From an uncultured Actinomycetota bacterium (lineage in GTDB: Bacteria; Actinomycetota; Actinomycetes; CAVWCF01): DNA of 64,000 bases. Made by a program: the position numbers and the translations under genes. Location: assembly GCA_963753435.1 (NCBI GenBank), contig CAVWCF010000001.1, forward strand, positions 1,472,001 to 1,536,000, in the 5' to 3' direction. The notes beneath the pieces were generated by a model. That model did not search any database, was not told the DNA's origin, and saw only the letters and a list, made by a program, of their open reading frames with translations. Of the stretch, positions 11,121 through 23,502 are shown one piece after another; position 1 is the stretch's first letter, and each line of letters begins with the position of its first letter.

Positions 11121-12109
11121 GAGCGCGCAGCGTACGCAGCCAGGATGCGTGCCTCGGTTTCGCGGTCCAACGCCGCCGGGCGGTAGGAACGAGGCGGCTC
11201 CGCGTCCAATCCGGCCAGCCAGGCCCAGGAATCCTCCAAGGTCACCGACAGCGGCCGGCACTCCAGACCGGCTTCGGTGGCGGCTTGGGTGCTGAAAACC
11301 GCAGGTTCGTCGGCCAGCCACATCGGCAGCCCCGACCACTGGGCCACGCCGGCTTCCAGCAGCACGGCGTCGGGGATCCAAACGGGCTCCGCGTCGGCAC
11401 CGGTAGCCCAGCAGGCGGACGCGATGAAGTCCCCCCAACTGTCCCGGCCCGGCGGGTTCAGGCAGGTGAACACCCCTGGGGTGCGTTGCCGGCCCAGGTG
11501 CACGGCGAACTCGGCCAGATCCCGCGCATCAACGAAGTCAAAGGCCCGCTGCGGCTGGCCGGGAGCGATGAACGGCCCGGGTGTTGCGGCTCGGCCGAGC
11601 CAATGAGACAACCGGCCGATGTTCTCGAACGGTCCGAGGATGACCCCCGGCCGAAGCACTGCGACCTGGTCGGCGCCGAATGTGCGTAGCGCGGCCAGTT
11701 CGGCTGCCCGCTTCTGTTCGGCGTACCGCGCCATCTCCGGCAGGGACGGATCGTCGGGGTCGCCGACGACGGTGCGCGAGTCCTCGGTGACGAAGGAACC
11801 GGGCGCCGCGTCGTAGACGCTCACTGTCGACACGAGGACGTAGTGATCCACTGCGTCGCGCAGCGATCGCGACGCGGTCAGGACTCGTGCGGCATTGAGC
11901 CCGCTGACATCTATGGCCACATCCCAGGACCGGCCGTCGAGCACGGACAACGACGCCGGGTCATCGCGATCGGCCACAAGGACTTCTGCTGGGGAGATCG
12001 TCGGGCTGACACCCCTGTTGAGCAGCGTCACCTCGTGACCGTGAGCGCGGGCGACCTCGTCGATGTGCCGCCCGACAAACGACGTACCGCCCAGTACCAG
12101 CACTCTCAC
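11117..12109 (-). CDS. NAD-dependent epimerase/dehydratase (isoflavone reductase-like)
   Basis: VLVLGGTSFVG, LLNRG, YAEQK, RPGVILGP, DFVDARDLA. Confidence 0.88.
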   Translation of the reverse strand: MRVLVLGGTSFVGRHIDEVARAHGHEVTLLNRGVSPTISPAEVLVADRDDPASLSVLDGRSWDVAIDVSGLNAARVLTASRSLRDAVDHYVLVSTVSVYDAAPGSFVTEDSRTVVGDPDDPSLPEMARYAEQKRAAELAALRTFGADQVAVLRPGVILGPFENIGRLSHWLGRAATPGPFIAPGQPQRAFDFVDARDLAEFAVHLGRQRTPGVFTCLNPPGRDSWGDFIASACWATGADAEPVWIPDAVLLEAGVAQWSGLPMWLADEPAVFSTQAATEAGLECRPLSVTLEDSWAWLAGLDAEPPRSYRPAALDRETEARILAAYAARS

Positions 12110-12876
12110 TGCTGCCTCCGCGGCTTGCGGCTCTGCACCGCGGCCGCGACCAGGCGGCTCGGGGCCAGCCTGGCGACGGTGGCCGCGGCCCGGTATCCGA
12201 TTCCCGGCACTGTCACCACCCGACCGGCTGCCAGGGCGGCCAGGGCGTCGTCGACGACCGTATCCGCGTCCTGCCACGCCCAACTCGGGATCGCGGACAT
12301 GTTCAACTCGGCGCGTTCGTGCAATCGGGTCCGGACGTACCCGGGACAGGTTGCGGTCACCGACACCCCGGAGTCCTTCAGCTGTGTCGCGAGCGACTCC
12401 GTGAAGACGATCATCCAGGCCTTGGCGGCGGAGTACGTGCCGGTGGGCAGCCAGCCCGCGACGCTGGCGACGTTGACGATGCCGCCGCTGCCTCGTTGGA
12501 CCATTGCCGCGGCCGCGGCATGGCTGAGGACGAGTGGGGCGCGGACCAGTACGTCGAGCAGTCGGTTCTCCTCGGCCACCTCCGAACGCAGGAACGACCG
12601 GCCCAGGGCGAAGCCCGCGTTGTTGACCAGCAGGTCCACTGGCCGGTCCGGTTCCTGCAGTCTGGTGGCGATGCGATCCAGTTGTTCCTGGTCGGCCAGG
12701 TCCACGCTCATGACTTCCACGTGGCCACCGAACCGGTGCGCCAGGTCGTCAGCGGTCTCCTTGAGCCGCACCTCGTCGCGAGCGACGAGGATGAGGTCGT
12801 AACCGCGCGCCGCCAGGCGGGCAGCGAATGCCGCGCCGATGCCCGAGTTCGCTCCGGTAATCAGGGCGACTGGCAC
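12106..12876 (-). CDS. Short-chain dehydrogenase/reductase
   Basis: TGANSGIG, NNAG, YSAAK. Confidence 0.93.
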   Translation of the reverse strand: MPVALITGANSGIGAAFAARLAARGYDLILVARDEVRLKETADDLAHRFGGHVEVMSVDLADQEQLDRIATRLQEPDRPVDLLVNNAGFALGRSFLRSEVAEENRLLDVLVRAPLVLSHAAAAAMVQRGSGGIVNVASVAGWLPTGTYSAAKAWMIVFTESLATQLKDSGVSVTATCPGYVRTRLHERAELNMSAIPSWAWQDADTVVDDALAALAAGRVVTVPGIGYRAAATVARLAPSRLVAAAVQSRKPRRQQ

Positions 12877-12944
12877 CGGACCAGCCTGGCACGACGAGGT
12901 GCCAGTCGGTGATGGCTGGGCCGATCAGTCTGCGATGGCCGACG

Positions 12945-15542
12945 TCAGGCTGGTGCTGCAGCGCCGGCTAGCACCAGCCCATCGCCGGCCGCGTTGACGT
13001 CTACGACCACGTTCTCGCCGTCCCGCACCCGCCCCGCCAACAGGTCACGGGCGAGCTGGTCGCCGATCTCGGTCTGAATCAGGCGACGCAGGGGCCGTGC
13101 TCCATAGAGGGGGTCAAAGCCGGTGCGGGCCAGCCAGTCCGCTGCTGCCGCAGTGGTCGTCAGGCCGATCCGGCGGTCTTTCAGCCGATCCGCCAGTGCC
13201 GCCACCTGCAGGTCGACGATGCGCGCCAACTCCGGTTCGCTCAGCGCGGTGAACTGCACGACCTCGTCGAGGCGGTTCAAGAACTCCGGTCGGAATGTGG
13301 ATCGCACTGCGCCCATCACCGACTCGCGCCGTTGCTCCTGGGAGAGCGTCGGGTCGACCAGGAATTGCGAACCCAGGTTCGACGTCAGGATCAGGATGGC
13401 GTTGCGGAAATCAACAGTGCGGCCCTGTCCATCGGTGAGCCGACCGTCGTCGAGCACCTGCAGCAACAGGTCGAACACCTCCGGGTGGGCCTTCTCCACC
13501 TCGTCCATGAGGATGACCGTGTAAGGCCTGCGGCGGACCGCTTCGGTCAACTGCCCGCCTTCTTCGTAGCCCACGTAGCCGGGGGGTGCCCCGACGAGGC
13601 GCGCGACTGAGTGCTTCTCGGAGTACTCGCTCATGTCCAGCCGAGTCATCGCGCGCTCATCGTCGAAGAGGAAGTCCGCCAGCGCCTTAGCCAATTCGGT
13701 CTTGCCGACCCCGGTCGGTCCGAGGAACAAGAAGGAGCCGTCCGGCCGATTCGGGTCGGCGATGCCGGCACGCGCGCGACGAACGGCGTCGGAGACGGCC
13801 GCAACCGCTTCGGATTGCCCGATGAGGCGGCGTCCGAGTTCATCCTCCATCCGCAGCAGTTTCTGCGTTTCGCCCTCCATCAGACGTCCCGCCGGGATGC
13901 CGGTCCAAGCCGAAACCACGTCGGCGATCTCGTCGGGGCCCACTTCCTCGCGAACCATCGGGCCACCGGCGTCGGCGTCTTCGGCCTGGTTGCGCGCGCC
14001 GGCCAGTTCCGCCTCGGCGGCCGGGATCTCGCCGTACAGCAACTCCGAGGCTCGCTGCAGATCCCCGTCCCGCTGGGCGCGGTCCAGCTCTACTCGAAGG
14101 TCGTCAAGTCGCTGCTTCAGGTCGCCAACGCGGTTGAGGCCGGCCTTCTCCCGGTCCCAGCGAGCGACTAGTCCGTTGAGCAGCTCGACCTTGTCGGCCA
14201 ACTCCGCCCGGAGCCGCTGCAGCCGTTCGACGCTGGCGTCGTCAGTCTCCTTGGCCAGCGCGAGTTCCTCCATGCGCATGCGGTCGACCTCGCGCCGGAG
14301 TTGGTCGATCTCGACGGGCGCCGACTCGATCTCCATGCGCAACCGGCTCGCGGCCTCATCTACCAGGTCGATTGCCTTGTCGGGCAGTTGCCGCCCGCTG
14401 ATGAACCGATCTGACAACGACGCGGCTGAAACAAGTGCCCCGTCGGAGATCTGCACGCCGTGGTGTGCCTCGTAGCGTTCCCGCAGACCGCGCAGGATCG
14501 CAACGGTGTCCTCCACGCTCGGCTCGCCCACGAAGACCTGCTGGAACCGGCGTTCGAGGGCAGCGTCCTTCTCGACGTTCTCGCGGTACTCGTCGAGGGT
14601 GGTCGCGCCGATCATGTGCAGTTCGCCTCGGGCCAGCATCGGCTTGAGCATGTTGCTGGCGTCCATGGCGGAGTCACCCGTGGCGCCAGCCCCGACAACC
14701 GTGTGCATCTCGTCGATGAAGGTGACTACCTCGCCCTCGGAGGACTTGATCTCGTCGAGTACTGCCTTGAGCCGCTCCTCGAACTCGCCGCGGTACTTGG
14801 CGCCGGCAACCATGGCCCCTAGGTCCAGCGCGATGAGGCGCTTTCCGCGCAGGGATTCGGGCACGTCCCCGTCGACGATGCGCTGCGCCAGGCCTTCGAC
14901 CACGGCCGTCTTGCCGACGCCCGGCTCACCGATCAAAACCGGGTTGTTCTTGGTTCGCCGCGACAGCACCTGGACAACTCGGCGAACTTCGGCGTCCCGG
15001 CCGATGACCGGGTCGATCTTGCCCTCGCGGGCCCGGGCGGTCAGGTCGACCCCGTACTTCTCCAGTGCCTGGTAGGTCCCCTCTGGGTCCGCGCTGGTGA
15101 CGCGGGCCGAACCGCGCACGCTGGCAAACGCCGACAGCAGGGCGTCGGGTGTGGCGCCGACCGCACGCAGCAGACCCGCGGCGTTGGAGTCCACCTGCGC
15201 CGAAGCGACGAGCAGGTGCTCGGTGGACACGTATTCGTCGGACAGGTCCCGGGCCACGTCCCCGGCCGCGGACAGAACTTGCAGCAACTGTCGGGAAGTC
15301 TGCGGGGCGGCCACGGTCGATCCGCTGGCGGCCGGCAATTGCGCCAGCTCCGCATCCACTTGCGCACGCAGCGCGCTGGGCTTGGCGTCAACCGCGTTCA
15401 GCAGCGCGACGGCAGTTCCATCGGCCTGGTCCAGCAGGGCGCGCAACAGGTGCAGCGGGGTGACGTCGGTGTGCCCGGCGGTTGCGGCCCGGCGGACGGC
15501 GTCGGACAGCGCTTCTTGGGCCTTGGTGGTCATCCGGTCCAT
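12945..15542 (-). CDS. clpB: ATP-dependent chaperone ClpB
   Basis: Two AAA+ modules ([16 protein letters not shown]) and a coiled-coil middle domain. ATG 15542 overlaps the hspR stop (TGATG). Confidence 0.97.
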   Translation of the reverse strand: MDRMTTKAQEALSDAVRRAATAGHTDVTPLHLLRALLDQADGTAVALLNAVDAKPSALRAQVDAELAQLPAASGSTVAAPQTSRQLLQVLSAAGDVARDLSDEYVSTEHLLVASAQVDSNAAGLLRAVGATPDALLSAFASVRGSARVTSADPEGTYQALEKYGVDLTARAREGKIDPVIGRDAEVRRVVQVLSRRTKNNPVLIGEPGVGKTAVVEGLAQRIVDGDVPESLRGKRLIALDLGAMVAGAKYRGEFEERLKAVLDEIKSSEGEVVTFIDEMHTVVGAGATGDSAMDASNMLKPMLARGELHMIGATTLDEYRENVEKDAALERRFQQVFVGEPSVEDTVAILRGLRERYEAHHGVQISDGALVSAASLSDRFISGRQLPDKAIDLVDEAASRLRMEIESAPVEIDQLRREVDRMRMEELALAKETDDASVERLQRLRAELADKVELLNGLVARWDREKAGLNRVGDLKQRLDDLRVELDRAQRDGDLQRASELLYGEIPAAEAELAGARNQAEDADAGGPMVREEVGPDEIADVVSAWTGIPAGRLMEGETQKLLRMEDELGRRLIGQSEAVAAVSDAVRRARAGIADPNRPDGSFLFLGPTGVGKTELAKALADFLFDDERAMTRLDMSEYSEKHSVARLVGAPPGYVGYEEGGQLTEAVRRRPYTVILMDEVEKAHPEVFDLLLQVLDDGRLTDGQGRTVDFRNAILILTSNLGSQFLVDPTLSQEQRRESVMGAVRSTFRPEFLNRLDEVVQFTALSEPELARIVDLQVAALADRLKDRRIGLTTTAAAADWLARTGFDPLYGARPLRRLIQTEIGDQLARDLLAGRVRDGENVVVDVNAAGDGLVLAGAAAPA

Positions 15543-15958
15543 CAGCGCACCTCCCTGCGGGTCGACCGCTTGGGTCGCCACACCACCAACGCCCCGGGAC
15601 CGGCCAACGGCACAAGGTCAGCGGATGCTTCGGGGTCGGCCCCCAGCGCAGCCAGCCGGGCCCGTAGCCGTACCGCGTCCTGCTCCATACGCAGAACCTG
15701 TTCGCGCAGGTCGAGGATGCGCTGGATCCCCGACAGGTTGATTCCTTCGGCGGCCAGCGCCTGCACCACCTGCAGCCTGGAGATGTCTCGGGCGGAATAG
15801 CGACGACCGCCGCCAGCGGTGCGGTCCGGGGTGACCAGGCCGAGCCGGTCGTACTGGCGCAGCGTCTGCGGGTGCAGACCGGTGATCTCGGCGACCACGG
15901 AGATGACGTAGACGGCGGCGTCCTCAGCGGGGTTGAAATCGGTGCGCACGTTCATCAC
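15542..15958 (-). CDS. hspR: MerR-family heat-shock repressor HspR
   Basis: [39 protein letters not shown]; follows dnaJ. Confidence 0.95.
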   Translation of the reverse strand: MMNVRTDFNPAEDAAVYVISVVAEITGLHPQTLRQYDRLGLVTPDRTAGGGRRYSARDISRLQVVQALAAEGINLSGIQRILDLREQVLRMEQDAVRLRARLAALGADPEASADLVPLAGPGALVVWRPKRSTRREVR

Positions 15959-17091
15959 TCCTTCGCAGCAGCCGCAGCCAGTCCGGCCCGCGGGTCGTGG
16001 TCAGTGGTTGCTTCGGCGTATGCCTGCACGGCCGCTTTGGCGTCGCCGGAAAGGTTGGTAGGTACGGCCACGTTGACGGTGACGAGCAGGTCGCCGCTGG
16101 TGCCGTCCGATCGAGTGGCCCCCTTGCCGCGCACGCGGAAGGTGCGGCCGTTGGCAGTCCCGGCCGGGACCTTCAACGTCACGGTCTTTCCGTCCGGCGT
16201 GGGGACGGCGATGTTCGCGCCGAGAACCGCTTCGGCGAATGTGACCGGAACGGTCAGCGTCACGTTGGCTCCCGATCGGGCGAACAGGTCGTGCTTGGCA
16301 ACGTGCACGCGCAGGTACAGGTCCCCGGCCGGTCCCCCGTTCTCCCCGGGGGCACCCTTGCCCTTCAGCCGGATGCGCTGACCGTCGCGCACCCCCGCAG
16401 GCACCCTGGCCGTCACCGTCCGGGAGCTTGGCCCCCGACCGCTGCCGTGGCAGGTCGGGCACGGGTTGTCGACGACCAGGCCCCGACCGCGGCAGGACGG
16501 GCACGGTTCGGAGAACGAGAACCCACCCGCGTCGCGGGACGTGTGACCCACGCCGCCGCAGGTCGGGCACATGCGCGGGGTGGTGCCGGCCTTGGCGCCG
16601 GTGCCGAAGCACGCCGTGCACGGACCTTCGCCGGTCAGCGTCAGCGGGACGGTCACCCCGTGCAGCGCGTCGCGGAAGCTCAGCGACACATCGCTTTCGA
16701 CGTCGGCACCACGCCGCCGTTGCGGGCCGCGATGGCGGCCACGGTTGAACAGCCCGCCGAGCAGGTCACCCAGCCCGGCGTCCTGCGACCCGAGGACGTC
16801 GCCGAGGTCGAAACCGCCGGCCCCGCCACCACTGGGTCGGCGGAAGCCGCCGCCGGCGAACATGTCTCGGGCGGAGTCGTACTCCTTGCGCTGCTTCGGG
16901 TCACCGACAACGTCGTACGCCTCGCTGACTTCCTTGAAGCGCTCTTCGGCTTTGGCGTCACCCTTGTTGGTGTCCGGGTGCAGTTCGCGCGCCAACTTCC
17001 GATACCGCTTCTTGATGTCGCTGTCGCTGGCGTCCTTGGGGACGCCGAGCACTGCGTAGTAGTCCTTCTGCAGCCATTCCTGCGCGACCAT
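15955..17091 (-). CDS. dnaJ: Chaperone DnaJ
   Basis: J-domain HPD motif and four CxxCxGxG repeats. Start ATG 17091. Confidence 0.97.
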   Translation of the reverse strand: MVAQEWLQKDYYAVLGVPKDASDSDIKKRYRKLARELHPDTNKGDAKAEERFKEVSEAYDVVGDPKQRKEYDSARDMFAGGGFRRPSGGGAGGFDLGDVLGSQDAGLGDLLGGLFNRGRHRGPQRRRGADVESDVSLSFRDALHGVTVPLTLTGEGPCTACFGTGAKAGTTPRMCPTCGGVGHTSRDAGGFSFSEPCPSCRGRGLVVDNPCPTCHGSGRGPSSRTVTARVPAGVRDGQRIRLKGKGAPGENGGPAGDLYLRVHVAKHDLFARSGANVTLTVPVTFAEAVLGANIAVPTPDGKTVTLKVPAGTANGRTFRVRGKGATRSDGTSGDLLVTVNVAVPTNLSGDAKAAVQAYAEATTDHDPRAGLAAAAAKE

Positions 17092-17134
17092 GGCGTCCCC
17101 TCCTCTCCTCGGGATCCAGTTGGACTTGTTCGGT

Positions 17135-17742
17135 TCAGGCCTCGGGTTCGGCGACGGCGACTCGTGCTGGGCGCAGCACCCGACCACCGAAGCGGTAGCC
17201 GGCCTGGAAGACCTCCACGCAGGTGGCCTCCTTCAGTTCGTCGTCGATGCTGTGTGTCAGCGCCTCGTGGATGTTGGGGTCGAAGGAGTCGCCGGCCTCG
17301 CCGTAGGACTCCAAACCGAGCCGCGTGAGACTGCCTCGCAGCGCGTCGGCCACCGACTTGAAGCCGCCCACCAGCTCATCGTGTGAGTCGGCCCGGTCGA
17401 TGTCGTCGAGCACCGGGAGCAGATCGGTCAGGACGCCGGCCACGGCCAGCTCCCGTACCAGTTCCCGGTCCCGCTCCACCCGCTTGCGGTAGTTGTCGAA
17501 CTCCGCCTTCAGGCGCAACAGGTCAGCGCGGTGCGACTCGGCCTCCGCAACGGCAATGGCCTCCATCGACTCAAGGTCGGCGGCGACTTCCTGGGCCTCT
17601 TCGCGTTCGGCGGCCAGGCCTTCAACCAAGTCACCGGCGACCTCATCTACTGCGTCGCCTTGCTTTGTCGGGTCCGGTCGGGCGGTGCCGGTTTCCGGGT
17701 CGACGCGCCGCCGGTCCCGAATCACCGGGCCTTCGGCGTCGC

Positions 17743-17746
<4 letters not shown>
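17135..17746 (-). CDS. grpE: Nucleotide exchange factor GrpE
   Basis: [31 protein letters not shown]. Confidence 0.96.
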
Positions 17747-19611
<1,865 letters not shown>

Positions 19612-19657
19612 TGGGTCCTCCAGGGTTGTTCCGGTCCAGTTGTGGGGCTATTCCAGC

Positions 19658-19682
19658 AAGTTGAGTCGGTTCGACGCAACTT
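19658..19682. promoter_or_regulatory. HAIR operator (HspR site) upstream of dnaK
   Basis: AAGTTGAGT-N7-ACGCAACTT; 11/14 match to the consensus CTTGAGT-N7-ACTCAAG. Confidence 0.8.
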
Positions 19683-19693
19683 CTATTAGCCTC

Positions 19694-19719
19694 AACCAGT
19701 AAGAGCGGCTGGTCATTCC
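19694..19719 (-). promoter_or_regulatory. SigR/SigH-type ECF promoter for the dnaK operon
   Basis: Minus strand reads GGAAT-gaccagccgctcttactg(18 nt)-GTTG, matching the GGAAT-N18-GTT consensus. Confidence 0.7.
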
Positions 19720-19806
19720 GTGGGAATCGGGTCCCTCATGTGAGTTGGCTCACACTCGTGGCGGCCCGGGCAGCGCGAACGGCGTTGAGCCGCCTAGCCT
19801 CATCCC

Positions 19807-19950
19807 GTGCTGAGTTCGCTACGAGGCCCGGACGGCGGTCCCGCCCTGCACACCCGCCTGATCGCCGTCGCGGTGGTCGTCGGGCTGCTGGCCCTGGCCT
19901 CCCCGGTCGTGGTCGGCCTCATCGACTGGGTCGTCAGCAGCATCGTCTGA
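19807..19950 (+). CDS. 47-aa predicted membrane microprotein (not in the ORF track)
   Basis: MLSSLRGPDGGPALHTRLIAVAVVVGLLALASPVVVGLIDWVVSSIV*. Strong G/C third-position bias; TAGCCT -10 element 6 nt before the GTG. Confidence 0.7.
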   Translation: MLSSLRGPDGGPALHTRLIAVAVVVGLLALASPVVVGLIDWVVSSIV

Positions 19951-20018
19951 TCGGCGTACGCGACCGCGGACCGGCCTAGGGGATTGGCTGCAACGCAATC
20001 GCGAGGGACCATGAACGG

Positions 20019-20561
20019 ATGAGACGTCTGGCGGTTCCCTTGGTTGCCATGGGCTTGGTCCTCACCGCGTGCTCCAGCGGTGGGGAAGAGGCAGCATCAC
20101 CGACGGTCAGCGACCCCGCCTCGCCGACCTCGCCGGAAGGTTCGACGGTGACGCTTGCGGTCGGGTCGGCGACACCGGTCTCGCTCGGCTGCGAGGTCGG
20201 GTCGTTCGATGCCATCACCCCCTGGGACACCGAAATGGTTCTCACCGCAGATGACGGCGAGCTCACGCTGACCGCGGGCGACTACGTGAACGGCCCAGTC
20301 CCGATCAAGGCCGGCGAACTCCTACCGCGCGCAGCAGTCACGGTCGACGGAACCGAGTACGAACTGGTCGCGGCAGCCCCGATCGCCGATGACATCGGCA
20401 CCAACCAGCGGTTCTCTATGCCCCCGCTCACGGCGCCGTTCACCGCAACCGCCCCGGACTCGGCAGATCTGGAGTACATGCTGCTCGACCACACTGTCGT
20501 CGACATCACCTGCAGCGCGGACCGAACGCCGAACACGCCGGCCCCTACGCCGGTTGCATGA
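20019..20561 (+). CDS. Hypothetical lipoprotein
   Basis: Signal peptide with lipobox LVLTAC and an S/P/T-rich linker. Confidence 0.7.
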   Translation: MRRLAVPLVAMGLVLTACSSGGEEAASPTVSDPASPTSPEGSTVTLAVGSATPVSLGCEVGSFDAITPWDTEMVLTADDGELTLTAGDYVNGPVPIKAGELLPRAAVTVDGTEYELVAAAPIADDIGTNQRFSMPPLTAPFTATAPDSADLEYMLLDHTVVDITCSADRTPNTPAPTPVA

Positions 20562-20656
20562 CCGGCTGGCGACCCGCTTGCGGACAACTGCGCACCAGCC
20601 GCCGGGAGGCCGTTGCGTAGGCTGACGCGCCGGATGACTCGTCGAAAGGCGCATTG

Positions 20657-22849
20657 GTGGACGCGACCATGACCGTCCGGCTCATCGTCGGCCTGGGAAT
20701 GACCCTCTTGGTGCTCGGGCTGGCCGCCCAACGTGTGCAGTTCCTGTACCGGCTGGTCCGAAGCGGCCAACCCGCTCCCGGCCGCTTCGACGAACAGCCC
20801 AAGGAGTTCGTCGAGGCGCAGGTCACCGAGGTGTTCGGGCAGAAGCGACTGCTGAAGTGGACGATCCCCGGCATCGCGCACGTGTTCGCGTTCTGGGGCT
20901 TCGTCGTGCTGGGCGTGGCGATCATCGAGGCGTACGGGGCGCTCTTCGACAGCGACTTCGAGATCCCGATCATCGGGGACCAGCCCTGGTTGGCCTTCCT
21001 GGTCGATCTGTTCGCGATCCTGGTCCTGGTCGGCGTCGTGATCTTCGCGGTGATCCGCCTGGTCAACAACCCGGCGAAGAAGGGTCGGCAGTCCAGGTTC
21101 TACGGGTCACACCTTGGCACCGCGTGGCTGGTCCTCTTCATGATCTTCAACGTCATCTGGACGTTGCTGCTGTTCCGCGCCGCGCAGATCAACACCGGGG
21201 TGTTCCCGTTCGAGTCCGGTGCCTTCGCCTCAGAGACCGTCGCCGGTTGGCTGGAGCCGCTGGGCGAGGAAACCAACGAGGTGCTGGAGACGGTCGGGAT
21301 CCTGGCCCACATCGGCGTGATCCTGTCCTTCCTGATCATCGTGCTGTACTCCAAGCACAGCCACATCTTCCTGGCGCCGATCAACGTCTCCTTCAAGCGG
21401 CAGCCGGCCTCGCTGGGACCGATGCTGCCGATGTACTCCGGCGACAAACTGATCGACTTCGAGGATCCGGGCGAGGACGACGTCTTCGGCCGGGGCAAGA
21501 TCGAGGACTTCACCTGGAAGGGCCTGCTGGACTTCGCCACCTGCACCGAGTGTGGGCGCTGCCAGAGCCAGTGCCCGGCCTGGAACACCGAAAAGCCGCT
21601 CAGTCCCAAGCTGCTCATCATGAGCTTGCGCGACCACGCATTCGCCAAAGCGCCGTACCTGCTTGAGCAGAACCACGGCCAGGCGCTGGCCGCCTCGTCC
21701 TTCGAGGCCAAGTCGTGGCGACCGGAGGTCGACGTCGAGGCGCTCGACCCCAAGGTCGCCGCTGAGCTGGACCGGCCGTTGGTCGGTGGCGCGGACGTCA
21801 ACGGAGTCATCGACCCGGATGTGCTGTGGTCGTGCACGACGTGCGGGGCGTGTGTTGAGCAATGCCCCGTGGACATCGAGCACGTGGATCACATCACGGA
21901 CATGCGTCGCTACCAGACGCTGATCGAAAGCGAGTTCCCCGCAGAGCTTTCGGGGCTGTTCAAGAACCTGGAGAACAAGGGCAACCCGTGGGGGATGAAC
22001 TCCTCCGACCGCATGGCCTGGGCCGAGGAACTCGACTTCGAGGTGCGCGTTGTCGAGGACCGGGTCCCCGATGACGTGGAGTGGCTGTTCTGGGTCGGCT
22101 GCGCCGGCGCGTTCGAGGATCGGGCCAAGAAGACCACGCAGGCGGTGGCCGAGTTGCTGCACATCGCCGGCGTGGAGTTCGCCGTGCTGGGCACCAACGA
22201 GACCTGTACCGGTGACTCCGCGCGCCGTTCGGGCAACGAGTTCGTCTTCCAGATGCTTGCGCAGCAGAACGTGGAGACGCTCAACGAGATCGGCGCCAAG
22301 AAGATCGTCGCCACCTGCGCGCACTGCTTCAACACATTGCGCAACGAGTACCCGCAGGTCGGCGGCAACTACGAGGTCGTCCACCACACCCAGTTGCTGA
22401 ACCGCCTGGTGCGCGAGAAGAAACTCACTCCGGTAGCACCGGTGCAGCAGAAGGTCACGTATCACGACCCGTGCTACTTGGGCCGGCACAACAAGGTCTA
22501 CTCCCCGCCGCGCGACCTGGTGCAGGCGCTGCCAGGTGTGGAGTTCGCCGAGATGCCTCGTCATGCCGACAAGGGCTTCTGTTGCGGCGCCGGGGGCGCG
22601 CGGATGTGGATGGAGGAGAAGCTCGGTACGCGGGTCAACACCAACCGCACTGAGGAGGCCATCGCCACCGGCGCGGATTCGGTGGCAGTGGGCTGCCCGT
22701 TCTGCCGCATCATGATCAGCGACGGCGTCGCGGAACTGCAGTCCGATCGCGACAAGAACGACCAGATGCAGGTGGCCGACGTCTCGCAACTACTCCTCGC
22801 CTCGGTCAAGCGCGACCAACCCGAACAGAGCGGCTCTGTTAGCGCTTAG
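20657..22849 (+). CDS. Membrane Fe-S oxidoreductase, heterodisulfide-reductase-like (FadF/EtfD family)
   Basis: N-terminal TM domain, two CxxCxxCxxxCP motifs, two CCG-type domains (YHDPC, CCGAGG). Confidence 0.9.
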   Translation: MDATMTVRLIVGLGMTLLVLGLAAQRVQFLYRLVRSGQPAPGRFDEQPKEFVEAQVTEVFGQKRLLKWTIPGIAHVFAFWGFVVLGVAIIEAYGALFDSDFEIPIIGDQPWLAFLVDLFAILVLVGVVIFAVIRLVNNPAKKGRQSRFYGSHLGTAWLVLFMIFNVIWTLLLFRAAQINTGVFPFESGAFASETVAGWLEPLGEETNEVLETVGILAHIGVILSFLIIVLYSKHSHIFLAPINVSFKRQPASLGPMLPMYSGDKLIDFEDPGEDDVFGRGKIEDFTWKGLLDFATCTECGRCQSQCPAWNTEKPLSPKLLIMSLRDHAFAKAPYLLEQNHGQALAASSFEAKSWRPEVDVEALDPKVAAELDRPLVGGADVNGVIDPDVLWSCTTCGACVEQCPVDIEHVDHITDMRRYQTLIESEFPAELSGLFKNLENKGNPWGMNSSDRMAWAEELDFEVRVVEDRVPDDVEWLFWVGCAGAFEDRAKKTTQAVAELLHIAGVEFAVLGTNETCTGDSARRSGNEFVFQMLAQQNVETLNEIGAKKIVATCAHCFNTLRNEYPQVGGNYEVVHHTQLLNRLVREKKLTPVAPVQQKVTYHDPCYLGRHNKVYSPPRDLVQALPGVEFAEMPRHADKGFCCGAGGARMWMEEKLGTRVNTNRTEEAIATGADSVAVGCPFCRIMISDGVAELQSDRDKNDQMQVADVSQLLLASVKRDQPEQSGSVSA

Positions 22850-22887
22850 CCGCAATTTGCACGCACAGTTGCTTCGGAAGGTGGCCA

Positions 22888-23502
22888 GTGAGCGAGCACT
22901 GGGACGACGTCTACGCGAACAAAGCTGACGCCGAGACGAGTTGGTTCCAGTCCGAGCCGTCCACGTCGCTGGAAGCGCTGGACGCCCTAGGCGTCGTCCC
23001 GAGCCAGTCGGTGATCGACGTGGGCGGCGGGCGCTCGCACCTTGTGGACTCCCTGGTCGAACGGGGGCACCACGACCTCACCGTGGTGGACATCAGCGCG
23101 GTTGCGTTGCAGGGAGTGCAGGACCGGTTGCCGCAGGCCGCCATATCGAGAGTGCTTGCCGATGCCAGCACGTGGGAACCGCAGCGGACGTTCGATGTGT
23201 GGCACGACCGAGCGGCCTTCCATTTCCTGACCGATCCGAGCCACCGGCGGGGCTACTTCGCCGCCATGACTCGTGCGCTGCATCCGGACAGCGTCGTCGT
23301 GATCGCCACATTCGCTGACGACGGGCCGGAGCAGTGCTCGGGGCTGCCGGTCTCCCGGTACAGCCCCGAGCAACTTGCGGAAACAATCGCTGCCGGAATC
23401 GGACACAAGTCCGAGGTACAGCTGAGTCGGCGGGTGGATCACCGCACCCCTTGGGACGCGGTTCAACCGTTCGCCTGGGTGGGCTTGCGGGTCACCGCTT
23501 GA
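22888..23502 (+). CDS. Class I SAM-dependent methyltransferase
   Basis: VIDVGGG, VVDIS, WHDRAAFHFL, GPEQCSGLPV. Confidence 0.88.
   Translation: MSEHWDDVYANKADAETSWFQSEPSTSLEALDALGVVPSQSVIDVGGGRSHLVDSLVERGHHDLTVVDISAVALQGVQDRLPQAAISRVLADASTWEPQRTFDVWHDRAAFHFLTDPSHRRGYFAAMTRALHPDSVVVIATFADDGPEQCSGLPVSRYSPEQLAETIAAGIGHKSEVQLSRRVDHRTPWDAVQPFAWVGLRVTA

Noticed and set aside
19738-19760. Additional HAIR site (TGAGT...ACTC)
   Set aside because: Spacer is 8 nt rather than 7 and the flanks match poorly
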